From positions 1 through 40,785 of IMG/VR virus record IMGVR_UViG_3300005805_000175: 40,785 nt of DNA; one strand, written 5' to 3'. The position numbers and the translations under genes are program-made. Of this stretch, positions 25,550-33,848 are shown piece by piece. The first letter of the stretch is position 1. Each line of letters starts with the position of its first letter. The notes beneath the pieces were generated by a model. The model had not been told where the DNA came from, did not search any database, and worked only from the letters and a program-made list of their open reading frames with translations. Source of the DNA: a virus. Its lineage: Duplodnaviria > Caudoviricetes.

Positions 25550-27117
25550 TCGAGTCCTAGGATGGCGTCGATCCTGCTCCGTGGCCTGTCACTCTGGTCA
25601 TCGGATAGGCCTGTGAGTACCTGGGGGCGTCGTCGTCTCTTGGCCATTCGTGCGACCTGGCTTCCCCCTTCCAGTAGGTTCGCGGCTTCGGCTTCGGCCA
25701 GCATGCGGAGAGCATCGCTTGCGTGGCTGCTCCAGTCGTGAACTGGGAGGTCCTGGGCAATCCCTCCGCTCGATTCCCTCTTGGTATGGTAGTTCTCTAG
25801 GGCGTTGACCCCTTCCTCACAGGCAGGAAGTCGAAAGGTGAAGCGTGGGAGGAGCTGTCGGAGGCGGTTGATGCCGATCCAGATGTCGATTGTCCTGGGA
25901 ATGAGGCGGGTGTTCTTGAGTCCGGAGTCTTGCAGCTCCTGGTTGACGCTCCTACCGCTGGTTGGCGTGCTGCCGGCGTCGTGCGGTAGGTAGTGGAAGC
26001 CGAGGTTGTATCCCTTGGCTAGGATGTGCGCCACCCTTTCTGTGATGGTCATGTCTAGATCCATGTCGCAGTCGATCACTCGGATCTCGTTTCCGATGAG
26101 CTGGACGTACCAGGTGACCGTGTTGGTGGGGCTTCCCAAGTCCCAGAAGGTATGCACGAGGGCTGTTCCGTCGACGGCCATGGGCTGAATGGCTCCCTGG
26201 GCGCGGAGCTTCCCGATGGCGTCGGCGTAGATAGCCCCCTCGATGGGTGCGCGGAAGCATTCCTCGATGGTGCTGGGAAACTCCCGAAACATGAAGATTC
26301 CAAGCTGCTTCTGTTGGCGGTCGTACCAGATGGCCTGTCCTGGTGTGAGCTGAACGGGTAGATGCGGCTGAAGCTCCCGCAGGTAGCGCAAGTTCTCCGG
26401 GCTGATTGTTTTGGGATCTCCTTCGATGCTGTAGGTCGGGTCTGTCCACCAGGGGAAGAAAAGCAGCCTCCAGTCCTTTTCGGTCTTGGCTTCGTCCGGC
26501 GTCTCCATGGCCTCCTTGACGAGCTTCCAGAGGTGTCCCCCCTTTCCACCCTTCCAGGTTGTCTCGACGACGATGGTGCCATGCTCGGCGCTGGGGATGG
26601 CTCCGGTGAGGATTTCCTCTGACCGGCGCGGGTCGTCGGCTTGGATCACTCCCCACTCGGAGAGGTGCAGGAAGTTGTTGGTTCCACCTCGGGCGCGAAG
26701 CCCTGCGAACACCCCGCTGCTCGTGTCGTCAGCGACCGCCATTTCGAGGATGCTGCCGCTGTCTTTGGTGTACTTGATCCTCCCTTTGAAGTCTTCCGGC
26801 AGGCCGTCGAGCGCCACCTTGACGATGGTGGAGAGCTTCCGTTCGGCATCGGCGGCGGTCTGGTCAACGATGGAGCACTGCATTCCGCTGTTCCAGGCGG
26901 TTTGATCGGCCAGCATGATGTCGATGGCCGTGGACATCCCAAGCCTTCGGGCCTTGAGGATGATGAGCCTCCTCTGTCCCTGGCGCAGGAGGCGGTCGTA
27001 CACCTCGCTTTGCTCCGGCCTTGGCACGAAGGGAACGACGCGACCGTCCTCTGCTCTCTTGCAGGTGTAGAGGTTGTGCAGTCTCCAGATGGGATCCGCG
27101 AGGTCTTCTGGGGTCAT
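25546..27117 (-). CDS. terL: Terminase large subunit
   Basis: ILKARRLGMST (Walker A), LHLSEWG (Walker B), WDLG and HDWSSHASDALR (RNase H-like nuclease). Confidence 0.95.
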   Translation of the reverse strand: MTPEDLADPIWRLHNLYTCKRAEDGRVVPFVPRPEQSEVYDRLLRQGQRRLIILKARRLGMSTAIDIMLADQTAWNSGMQCSIVDQTAADAERKLSTIVKVALDGLPEDFKGRIKYTKDSGSILEMAVADDTSSGVFAGLRARGGTNNFLHLSEWGVIQADDPRRSEEILTGAIPSAEHGTIVVETTWKGGKGGHLWKLVKEAMETPDEAKTEKDWRLLFFPWWTDPTYSIEGDPKTISPENLRYLRELQPHLPVQLTPGQAIWYDRQQKQLGIFMFREFPSTIEECFRAPIEGAIYADAIGKLRAQGAIQPMAVDGTALVHTFWDLGSPTNTVTWYVQLIGNEIRVIDCDMDLDMTITERVAHILAKGYNLGFHYLPHDAGSTPTSGRSVNQELQDSGLKNTRLIPRTIDIWIGINRLRQLLPRFTFRLPACEEGVNALENYHTKRESSGGIAQDLPVHDWSSHASDALRMLAEAEAANLLEGGSQVARMAKRRRRPQVLTGLSDDQSDRPRSRIDAILGLE

Positions 27118-27560
27118 TGGGGCTGATTCCTGGTGAGGAGCGTTCCGGCTCGGATCTTCTGCATGAAGGTCGTCAGGGTGTCGCCTGCTTCGTGCTTCAC
27201 GGTCAGGTCGTTGCTGGTCACCCCTGTGAGCTGGTTGATCTCCTTCTGGACGGCAAGGCAGGCTTTGAAGTCCTGGATGGACAGGTTCTTGGCGTAGAGG
27301 TCTTCCAGTCGCATGAGGGCTTTGCTGTGGGCTTCCTTGCGCTCTGGATGAACCATCTCTTTCCAGATCTCCCTGGCTTCCTCGATGTAGCGGTCAGCGG
27401 TGTGAGGGTGTACCTTGTACTTTTCCCCACAAAAACCCACGATCTGGTTACGAGAAGCACCTGCAAGGAGTAAATCGGACACCTTTTGAACCCTGGCATC
27501 GATCTCGATCTGGGGTGTCCTGTCTCCTCTTGACTGATTCTTCTTGACGGGTTTTTTCAT
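27114..27560 (-). CDS. Probable terminase small subunit (HTH)
   Basis: Directly upstream of terL; HTH-like LLAGASRNQIV...TADRYI. Confidence 0.7.
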   Translation of the reverse strand: MKKPVKKNQSRGDRTPQIEIDARVQKVSDLLLAGASRNQIVGFCGEKYKVHPHTADRYIEEAREIWKEMVHPERKEAHSKALMRLEDLYAKNLSIQDFKACLAVQKEINQLTGVTSNDLTVKHEAGDTLTTFMQKIRAGTLLTRNQPQ

Positions 27561-27567
27561 GGGGCTT

Positions 27568-28242
27568 TTAAACTATTCCCGAGTGGCGTGGGATTTCCTC
27601 CATCCATTGCTGGTGAAAGAGGCTGAGTTCTGGATCGTTCTCTACACAGATGTTCTCTGTGTTTGCGCTGCTTCTCATGTTCGCTGAACCGTGGATCACG
27701 TAGGTTTCTTCCTGGCATGGCAGGCAGAAGACCTTGCAGTGGACGCGACCGATTCCCCACCTGGTGGTTGGAAGCTTGGCTTGGCAGTAGGGGAAAATCT
27801 CCTTGTTGACCTTGGCGAAGTAGTCGCTGACCACGATGTGCAGGGATTGGATGAGGCCTTCCTCGATGAGTTTTGCCAGCTGGTCGGCGTTGGCTTCGCT
27901 CATGGAAAGGGTTGCCAGGGAGACGTTGGAGGCTGGGCCTTTGGCGCGGATGATGCGGTCGATCAAGTCTCCCACGACGAAATCCCCACGGATGACGCAA
28001 TGGAGCGCAGATCCCTTGGCTGGCAGGCGGTCGACGATCTCCTGGGTGTTCTCTGGGCGGATCATGTGGGCTGGCGGCCGCTTGGTCATGACCACCTTTT
28101 CAAAGGCACGCTGCTGCTCGTGGAAGGAGTTTTTTTTGATGGCGAAGCCGGAGGGCTTTTCGGGTGGCTCCTCTGACCAGTCCATGCTGGCCAGGGAGTC
28201 GACGCTGGTCAGGGCATCCCAATCTGGGGGGTCGGTTATCAT
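27568..28242 (-). CDS. Phospholipase D-superfamily protein (single HxK motif; nuclease-like)
   Basis: VHCKV...IHGSANM...ENI. Confidence 0.8.
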   Translation of the reverse strand: MITDPPDWDALTSVDSLASMDWSEEPPEKPSGFAIKKNSFHEQQRAFEKVVMTKRPPAHMIRPENTQEIVDRLPAKGSALHCVIRGDFVVGDLIDRIIRAKGPASNVSLATLSMSEANADQLAKLIEEGLIQSLHIVVSDYFAKVNKEIFPYCQAKLPTTRWGIGRVHCKVFCLPCQEETYVIHGSANMRSSANTENICVENDPELSLFHQQWMEEIPRHSGIV

Positions 28243-28544
28243 GATTGGAATCTTCCAGTTGCGGTTGGCTGGTCCTCTACGCTTTCGAGCTCATCGATCA
28301 TGGCCAGTGCTGTTTGTTCGCTTAACTCTGACCAGACCATGTATTCCATCCTTCGTGTCGTCTCTTTGAGGCCTATCATTCGCTTCTCATATGTCACCGT
28401 TTTGATGGAGATTTCATCGACGCTTGGTGGGTCGAGGGGATCTGAGGGGATCATTGGTATCGGTACTCGGACAGCTCGCAGGCCATGATCTGATCGGATC
28501 TGTCCATGGATCGGGCCTCCTATGTAGATGATATCGGCACTCAT
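28239..28544 (-). CDS. Hypothetical protein
   Basis: ATGA-coupled at both ends; YIGGP.HG motif. Confidence 0.65.
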   Translation of the reverse strand: MSADIIYIGGPIHGQIRSDHGLRAVRVPIPMIPSDPLDPPSVDEISIKTVTYEKRMIGLKETTRRMEYMVWSELSEQTALAMIDELESVEDQPTATGRFQS

Positions 28545-28840
28545 CTGGATTGCTGTCCCTGGGAGTAGGCCCACTTCATGGCGTCCTCGAAGGATTCGCC
28601 TGGGACGTAGTGCCGGAGTCCCTGGGTGTTCCACCACTCCTGGGGGATCATTTTGTTGGCGTCAACAAATTGGTCTGGAAGTGGTCGGCGGGTGCGGAAA
28701 CGGTAGTTAGGCCACATCTTTGGCATTGTGTTGATGCAGTCGTCGTCGACGGGGAACCAATGGCTTTCGTAGTCCTTGTGCATTTCCTCATCCCCCTCCT
28801 CGATGAGTTCCCTTGTTCCTGTGAATTCGCGCCAGCTCAT
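28541..28840 (-). CDS. Hypothetical protein (WRE...EGDE...RTRRPLP domain)
   Basis: ATGA-coupled; a paralogous segment occurs in 30674-31324. Confidence 0.65.
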   Translation of the reverse strand: MSWREFTGTRELIEEGDEEMHKDYESHWFPVDDDCINTMPKMWPNYRFRTRRPLPDQFVDANKMIPQEWWNTQGLRHYVPGESFEDAMKWAYSQGQQSR

Positions 28841-30216
28841 TTGCTTTTCTCCTCGAGTGTTGGCTGGACCTGGGAGGCTTCGCGGTAGCGCTCCAGGATG
28901 ACGGCTGCGAACTTGGGATCCAGCTCCATGGTCCGGCATCGCCGGCCTGTGTTGTGGCAGGCTAGGAGCGTTGACCCGCTTCCTCCGAAAAGGTCCAGGA
29001 CGAGATCTCCGGGAGCGCTGCTGTTGGTGACTGCGCGGATGCAGAGTTCGGTCGGTTTGGTGGTTGGGTGCAGGAGCTGGTTGTGAGGCTCCCTGCGGAT
29101 CTGCCATGCGTCCGAGTGGGTCTTGGTGGCGATGAGTCGGATCTCCTGGCCATCGGCTACCCGGAGGAGGCGCTTGTTCCCCTTGGGCGGCTTTGGCGTG
29201 AGGTAGACCGAGTGCGTGCCGTCGCTGATGGCGGCTCCGTCATCGAGCCAGACTTCCAGCTCTCCATTGGCCGGCACCCTGGTGATCCTCCAGGCGGTGG
29301 TCTGGTCCCGCTTACCATGCCAGGCCTGCTGATGGCCTCGCTTGGCGGCGTAGAAGCATGGCTCTGTCTGCCAGTGGTAGTCTGCTCGACCGAGCACGAG
29401 GCTTTCCTTGATCCAGGTGATGTATTGCTTTTCCTCAAGGCCTGCTGCGTCCATAGCCCACTCGAAGTCTCGGCGGGTGCTCGAGGCGTGCCAGATGTAG
29501 AAGGCTGCATTGTCCTTGGCGTGTTCGACCATGAGGGTGATGGCTGGTTTGAGGAGGCCCACGAGGGCGTCCTGGCGTAGCTCATCGTTCTTTAGGCTCC
29601 CGGTGGCTTCGGAGGTGTAGCTCACTCCGTAGGGCGGGTCCGTGTGGACGAGGTCGGCTTTCTCTCCGGCCATGAGGCGGTCGACGTCTTTTGGCTTTGT
29701 GCTGTCTCCGATGAGGAGGCGATGGGGTCCAAGCAACCAGAGCTGTCCTGGGGCTGTCTTCCATGCTTTCTGGAGTTCGGCTGCTTTGTCGACCCTGGCG
29801 GCTGCGTCGGCCTCCTCCGGGGTTGGAGCCAGGAGCTTGTCGATCTCGTCAGCATCAAATCCCGTCAGGCTGGTATCGAATCCTGCTGTGATGAGGTCTG
29901 CCAGTTCCTCCGTGAGCAGGGAGTTGTCCCACTCGGCTTCCTCGGCTGTGCGGTTGTCGGCAATGCGGAGGGCGCTCACCTTCTCCGGGGTGAGGCCGGT
30001 GGCGACATGGACCGGGATCTCCTTGAGACGCAGTTTCTTCGCGGCCTTGTAGCGGGTGTGGCCGATGATGATGACGTTTTTTTCGTCCACGACGATCGGC
30101 TGTCTGAATCCGTACTCCCGTATGGAGTTAGCCACTTTGTCGACCGCCTGGTCGTTCTTGCGGGGGTTCTTCTCGTAGGGCTTGACGTCCTGGAGGGGTA
30201 GGTTGGTGATCTTCAT
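28837..30216 (-). CDS. ParB/Srx N-terminal domain fused to an N4/N6 DNA methyltransferase
   Basis: PYEKNPR...SIREYGF.QPIVVD...GHTR..AA; TDPPY; HPT.KP; DLFGGSGST (beta-type motif order). Confidence 0.93.
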   Translation of the reverse strand: MKITNLPLQDVKPYEKNPRKNDQAVDKVANSIREYGFRQPIVVDEKNVIIIGHTRYKAAKKLRLKEIPVHVATGLTPEKVSALRIADNRTAEEAEWDNSLLTEELADLITAGFDTSLTGFDADEIDKLLAPTPEEADAAARVDKAAELQKAWKTAPGQLWLLGPHRLLIGDSTKPKDVDRLMAGEKADLVHTDPPYGVSYTSEATGSLKNDELRQDALVGLLKPAITLMVEHAKDNAAFYIWHASSTRRDFEWAMDAAGLEEKQYITWIKESLVLGRADYHWQTEPCFYAAKRGHQQAWHGKRDQTTAWRITRVPANGELEVWLDDGAAISDGTHSVYLTPKPPKGNKRLLRVADGQEIRLIATKTHSDAWQIRREPHNQLLHPTTKPTELCIRAVTNSSAPGDLVLDLFGGSGSTLLACHNTGRRCRTMELDPKFAAVILERYREASQVQPTLEEKSK

Positions 30217-30320
30217 TTTTGTGGGAATATTTTATCCAAGAGTTTCCAGATCCATAGTGGGCTTGTGTAGGTCACTGCGATCCAAGCCCAGAAGAGGATA
30301 TGTCGCGTCGTGTCGTTCAT
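30213..30320 (-). CDS. 35-aa Trp-rich hydrophobic peptide
   Basis: MNDTTRHILFWAWIAVTYTSPLWIWKLLDKIFPQK*; its stop overlaps the MTase start (ATGA) and it fills the gap. Confidence 0.5.
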   Translation of the reverse strand: MNDTTRHILFWAWIAVTYTSPLWIWKLLDKIFPQK

Positions 30321-30326
30321 CGGGTT

Positions 30327-30677
30327 TCAGTCAATAGGTGATTGGTGGATGATTTCAAGCCCTAGCCATTCGGCGATCCCTCGTTCTCCCCTTGCACCCT
30401 TGGAGGTTTCCCATCCGTCGAGGAGGTAGATGGCGTCCGATTGGGAGAGCATCCTAGCGTCCCGTAGGAGGAATTCGTTCATCATTGCCCTGGTGACGTT
30501 TTCCTGGGGCGTTGTCTCGTCAAATCCGGCATCGTTGTCTGCTCTGGCGGGGTTCAGCGTGACCCATCCCTTGGCTTGGAGTTCCCTTTCGGCGGCGTAG
30601 AAAGCCGGGAAATTGAACTTTTCACGGCCTCTCATCGGTCCGGCGATGTAAATGTTGCGTGGTGTGTCGGGTTTCAT
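30327..30677 (-). CDS. DUF4406-type nucleoside 2-deoxyribosyltransferase-like protein
   Basis: IYIAGPM.G...FN.PAF...NPA...DAIYLL.GWE.SKGA..E..IA..LG. Confidence 0.88.
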   Translation of the reverse strand: MKPDTPRNIYIAGPMRGREKFNFPAFYAAERELQAKGWVTLNPARADNDAGFDETTPQENVTRAMMNEFLLRDARMLSQSDAIYLLDGWETSKGARGERGIAEWLGLEIIHQSPID

Positions 30678-31326
30678 TTCTGGTTTTTTTTGAGTGTTTC
30701 GATCTCGTTGCGGAGGTAGCGGATGCAGTCCACGATTACAACGTGGCTGTGGATGTCAGCGGCCCTTGATGCTTCTTTGGTGAGGTAGTCTAGCTCTTCC
30801 TCCAATGGCACTCCCGCTAGGCTCCCTTCGCAGGGGAAAGCGTGGTTGTATTTGCACCGTGAGCAATAGGGTTGTTCTCCTTCCCGCCTCGGCAACGGGC
30901 GGCGGGTGCGGACTACGCCATCAATTAAATTCATTTTGTAGCCAAGGGCGGCTTTGCATTGAAACCAATGCGCCCCCCATCGCCACTCATCCCCCTCTTG
31001 GATCACCTCGTCAGGGCCAAGCTCTCGCCATTCGGTAGCGGGTTCAGTAGTCAAGGATTCCTTGATAACTGGTTCCTCTGGCGCGGGGGCGAGTCGGGCT
31101 TTTAGCTTTGCGAACTCATATTTGTTGGTTTTCCAATGCAACATGAAGCCATCTCTTGGAAGTCCCGCGATCTCGTAATTACCTGCAATCTCAATCGCTC
31201 GGTTCAGAAGCTCCCTGAGCATCGCGACCTCTGCGTGCAGTTTTTCGACCTCGGACTCTTTCGCCTGCCTCCAGCCTATTATCGGTCCGGCGATGTAAAT
31301 GTTGCGTGGTGTGTCGGGGTTCATTT
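30634..31326. repeat. 46-bp direct repeat (30634-30679 and 31281-31326, one mismatch)
   Basis: ATCGGTCCGGCGATGTAAATGTTGCGTGGTGTGTCGGG(T/G)TTCATTT occurs twice, 647 bp apart. Confidence 0.95.
30674..31324 (-). CDS. Mosaic hypothetical protein with a duplicated DUF4406 N-terminus
   Basis: Begins MNPDTPRNIYIAGP, like the downstream gene; ATGA-coupled. Confidence 0.7.
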   Translation of the reverse strand: MNPDTPRNIYIAGPIIGWRQAKESEVEKLHAEVAMLRELLNRAIEIAGNYEIAGLPRDGFMLHWKTNKYEFAKLKARLAPAPEEPVIKESLTTEPATEWRELGPDEVIQEGDEWRWGAHWFQCKAALGYKMNLIDGVVRTRRPLPRREGEQPYCSRCKYNHAFPCEGSLAGVPLEEELDYLTKEASRAADIHSHVVIVDCIRYLRNEIETLKKNQK

Positions 31327-32256
31327 GGTTAGTTGGTTGATGGTTGTTTTAAGGTATTCGGCCTGCGTGTCGGAGGGCCAGTTTTTGAATGGGAAGCTCT
31401 CCGGTGTAGGATGGATATCCTTGCTCATTGGGTAGGTTTCGCAGCGCCAACGGAAGGCATCCTTCTCGTCGACCTTTGGGCGCTCCGGAGCTGGAGGTTT
31501 GACCTTTTTTCCTGGCGTGAGGCGATCCTTCCAGCGCTGGCCGTTGAGGTAGGCTGCAGGTCGAGGGATGAATTTTCCGGCTTCTGCTTGCCACTCCTGG
31601 CTGGTCATGTGCTGCTCCAGGATCTCGATCAGCTCTCCGGTTGGCGGTCGCTGGTGCTTGCTTGCTATCCATTCCCTCTGGGCTTCTAGTTCTCCGATCT
31701 TTTTGGGGTAGAGGGCGTACCACTCACTAAACTCATCACTATCCTTTTTGAAATAGTCACCAGCCTCTTGCGCCTCGTGCGTCTGTTCTGATCTGTTCTT
31801 ATCTGCTCTGCTCTTATCTACTCTACTCTGCAGTGCCAAAACTTCACTTTTGGCAGGCTCTTTGGCGTTGTCACTTTCCTCATCCTGGCGTTGCCACTCT
31901 TGCGATTGTGGCATTGCCACATTTTGCGTTTTGGCAGCTTTTGCATGATGCCCTTTGGCGCTGGCTTCCCGCTTCACTTTCAGCAGTTGTTCTGTGTCGG
32001 AAGGGTAGAAACTGACCGTCAGGCTGTTCCCTACCCATCGGAAAAGGTCGCAGGTGCGGTTCACTTCGGAGAGCGTAACGGCTGCGAGCTGCTGCCATGT
32101 CCGGTCCTTCCATTCCCTGCATCCGACGATTGTTCCGTGATTCTCGTTTTTTGCGCAAAAGACCAGGAGAGCCATCCATGTTGCGCGGTCTGTCGGCTCG
32201 GCGAGGATGTATTCCGGCGTGCTGAAGATGTCAGTTTGTAGCTTTATCCAGTTCAT
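31321..32256 (-). CDS. Putative replication initiator / replisome organiser
   Basis: MNWIKL N-terminus; F..WY.LYPKK and FIP.PA.YLN..RW.D motifs of phage initiator C-domains. Confidence 0.75.
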   Translation of the reverse strand: MNWIKLQTDIFSTPEYILAEPTDRATWMALLVFCAKNENHGTIVGCREWKDRTWQQLAAVTLSEVNRTCDLFRWVGNSLTVSFYPSDTEQLLKVKREASAKGHHAKAAKTQNVAMPQSQEWQRQDEESDNAKEPAKSEVLALQSRVDKSRADKNRSEQTHEAQEAGDYFKKDSDEFSEWYALYPKKIGELEAQREWIASKHQRPPTGELIEILEQHMTSQEWQAEAGKFIPRPAAYLNGQRWKDRLTPGKKVKPPAPERPKVDEKDAFRWRCETYPMSKDIHPTPESFPFKNWPSDTQAEYLKTTINQLTK

Positions 32257-32265
32257 ATTTGGTTT

Positions 32266-32688
32266 TTATAACGTTGAGATGGTCACTTCGATGTGGGGCT
32301 TCTCATCCCTGGCGGCGTAGTATTTCCCGATCCGTCCGTCCACGATTTGGGAGTCGTCTTTCCAGAATCCCTTGAGGGCGTCCTGGGTTCCCTTGACCAG
32401 GTTGTCCCGGTCAGGGCGCTTGTCGCAGGGAATCCGGCCTTGGTGATGGCTCTTGGTGTTGAGTCGCAGGGGCCTTGGAAGGATGAAGATGAAATCCACA
32501 ATCAGCGCTTCCTCGAGAGGCTCCTGTGGCCTATGAGGCCTGGCGAATGCGGTTATGGTTGCCTGGTATCTCGTAGCCTCGGAGGTCTTGAAAAACTGGA
32601 CCCTTCCGTTCCTGACCATCATGCGCTTTCCGCTGAATTGGAGGCTCTTTGGCTCGATTGGGATCTTGAAGTGGGCGATGAGGCTCAT
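32266..32688 (-). CDS. rusA: RusA-family Holliday junction resolvase
   Basis: KRPDRDNLVKG..DAL...WKDDSQIV. Confidence 0.9.
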   Translation of the reverse strand: MSLIAHFKIPIEPKSLQFSGKRMMVRNGRVQFFKTSEATRYQATITAFARPHRPQEPLEEALIVDFIFILPRPLRLNTKSHHQGRIPCDKRPDRDNLVKGTQDALKGFWKDDSQIVDGRIGKYYAARDEKPHIEVTISTL

Positions 32689-32915
32689 TGTCCAGGGAAA
32701 GTGATCAGTGGGCTGGGAGGCTCGGATGGGTGTTGGGCCACTTCCTCTTTCCAATCAGCCAGCATTTCTGCAGCGATCGGGATGATGTGCTCTGGGGTCT
32801 CCATCTCCTCGGCTTCCTCGATGAGGTAGTTCATCCGGTAGAGGCTTCCATCTGGTCGCTTCCTGGAAACCGTGATGAGCGCTGATCTGGTGCTGTTCTT
32901 CTTCTGGTTATTCAT
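32685..32915 (-). CDS. Hypothetical protein
   Basis: ATGA-coupled at both ends. Confidence 0.55.
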   Translation of the reverse strand: MNNQKKNSTRSALITVSRKRPDGSLYRMNYLIEEAEEMETPEHIIPIAAEMLADWKEEVAQHPSEPPSPLITFPGQ

Positions 32916-33226
32916 CGTGGCGCTCCTGTGTAGACCGCTATTGCCCTGGCGTGTGCCGAGGATCGGCGTGCGCTCCTGTATCCTACCTTGCGGATGATCC
33001 CTCTCTGAATTGCGGCAAGGAAGCGTGCCCCCATGGCGTTTGGCGTTGGCGGTTCGCCGGCTATCTCCCTGACGTCTTCTGCTGTGAAGGACTGGCCAGT
33101 CTTTGCGTAGGTGCTGATTGCAGTGTCCATGGAGGTTTTCCATGCTTCTGGAGTGTGGGAGTCCACCTGGGCGATCCCTTGATCGCGCAGGCGGTTTCCT
33201 TCCAGGTCGAGTGTTGCCTGGGTCAT
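32912..33226 (-). CDS. Hypothetical phage protein (wHTH-like)
   Basis: FTAEDVR...P..PNAMGA.F..A...G.I pattern common in phage early regions. Confidence 0.7.
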   Translation of the reverse strand: MTQATLDLEGNRLRDQGIAQVDSHTPEAWKTSMDTAISTYAKTGQSFTAEDVREIAGEPPTPNAMGARFLAAIQRGIIRKVGYRSARRSSAHARAIAVYTGAPR

Positions 33227-33230
33227 CGTT

Positions 33231-33827
33231 TTAGATGGTATCGGTCTCCTCGGGGCGGGTTTCGCCTTCGGGGATATCCCTGGGCTTTGATCGCTCGACG
33301 TAGTCCAGGGCGGCTTTGCGTGCGGCGTTAAGCTGCACCATGCGCTCGTGGTCTCCCTCTTCCGTGTCGGGGTGGAGGTTCTTTGCGAGCTTCTTAAAGG
33401 CTTTTTCCACCTTCGCTTCTGTTAACCCTTGGGGTGAATCAAATCCCAGGACCGTCCACCACCCCTTGTACTCGAGTTGTTCCGGCTCTTTGTTGTTGAG
33501 GGCATCGGTCTCAAGCGTGGTGTAGCTTGGCTCCTCATTGATCTCCTCGTCTTCCGGTTCTCCCTCGAAGAGGTCCGGTTGGTTCGGGTCTTTGATGAAG
33601 ATCTGGTCGTCGTACTTGAACTTCTTTGACCCTGTCAGTTTGGCGTCGATGCTGCGTCCGCAGATGGTGACTCCGAAGGAGAAGGTGTTTTTTCCTCCGT
33701 CTTCGGCCTCTTGGATCTCTGTCCATCCATCCACTAGGAGGTTGGCGAAGAGTTGGACCGTGCTTTGGATGATCTCCTGGTGGAGGGGTTCGAGGTGTTC
33801 GGTGTCGACTACGATTTGTTCGTTCAT
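33231..33827 (-). CDS. Protein with a C-terminal DnaJ J-domain
   Basis: WWTVLG...V.KAFKKLAKNLHPD...GD...M..LN.A with an intact HPD. Confidence 0.88.
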   Translation of the reverse strand: MNEQIVVDTEHLEPLHQEIIQSTVQLFANLLVDGWTEIQEAEDGGKNTFSFGVTICGRSIDAKLTGSKKFKYDDQIFIKDPNQPDLFEGEPEDEEINEEPSYTTLETDALNNKEPEQLEYKGWWTVLGFDSPQGLTEAKVEKAFKKLAKNLHPDTEEGDHERMVQLNAARKAALDYVERSKPRDIPEGETRPEETDTI

Positions 33828-33848
33828 GTGTTTAGATGGTTGGATGGG

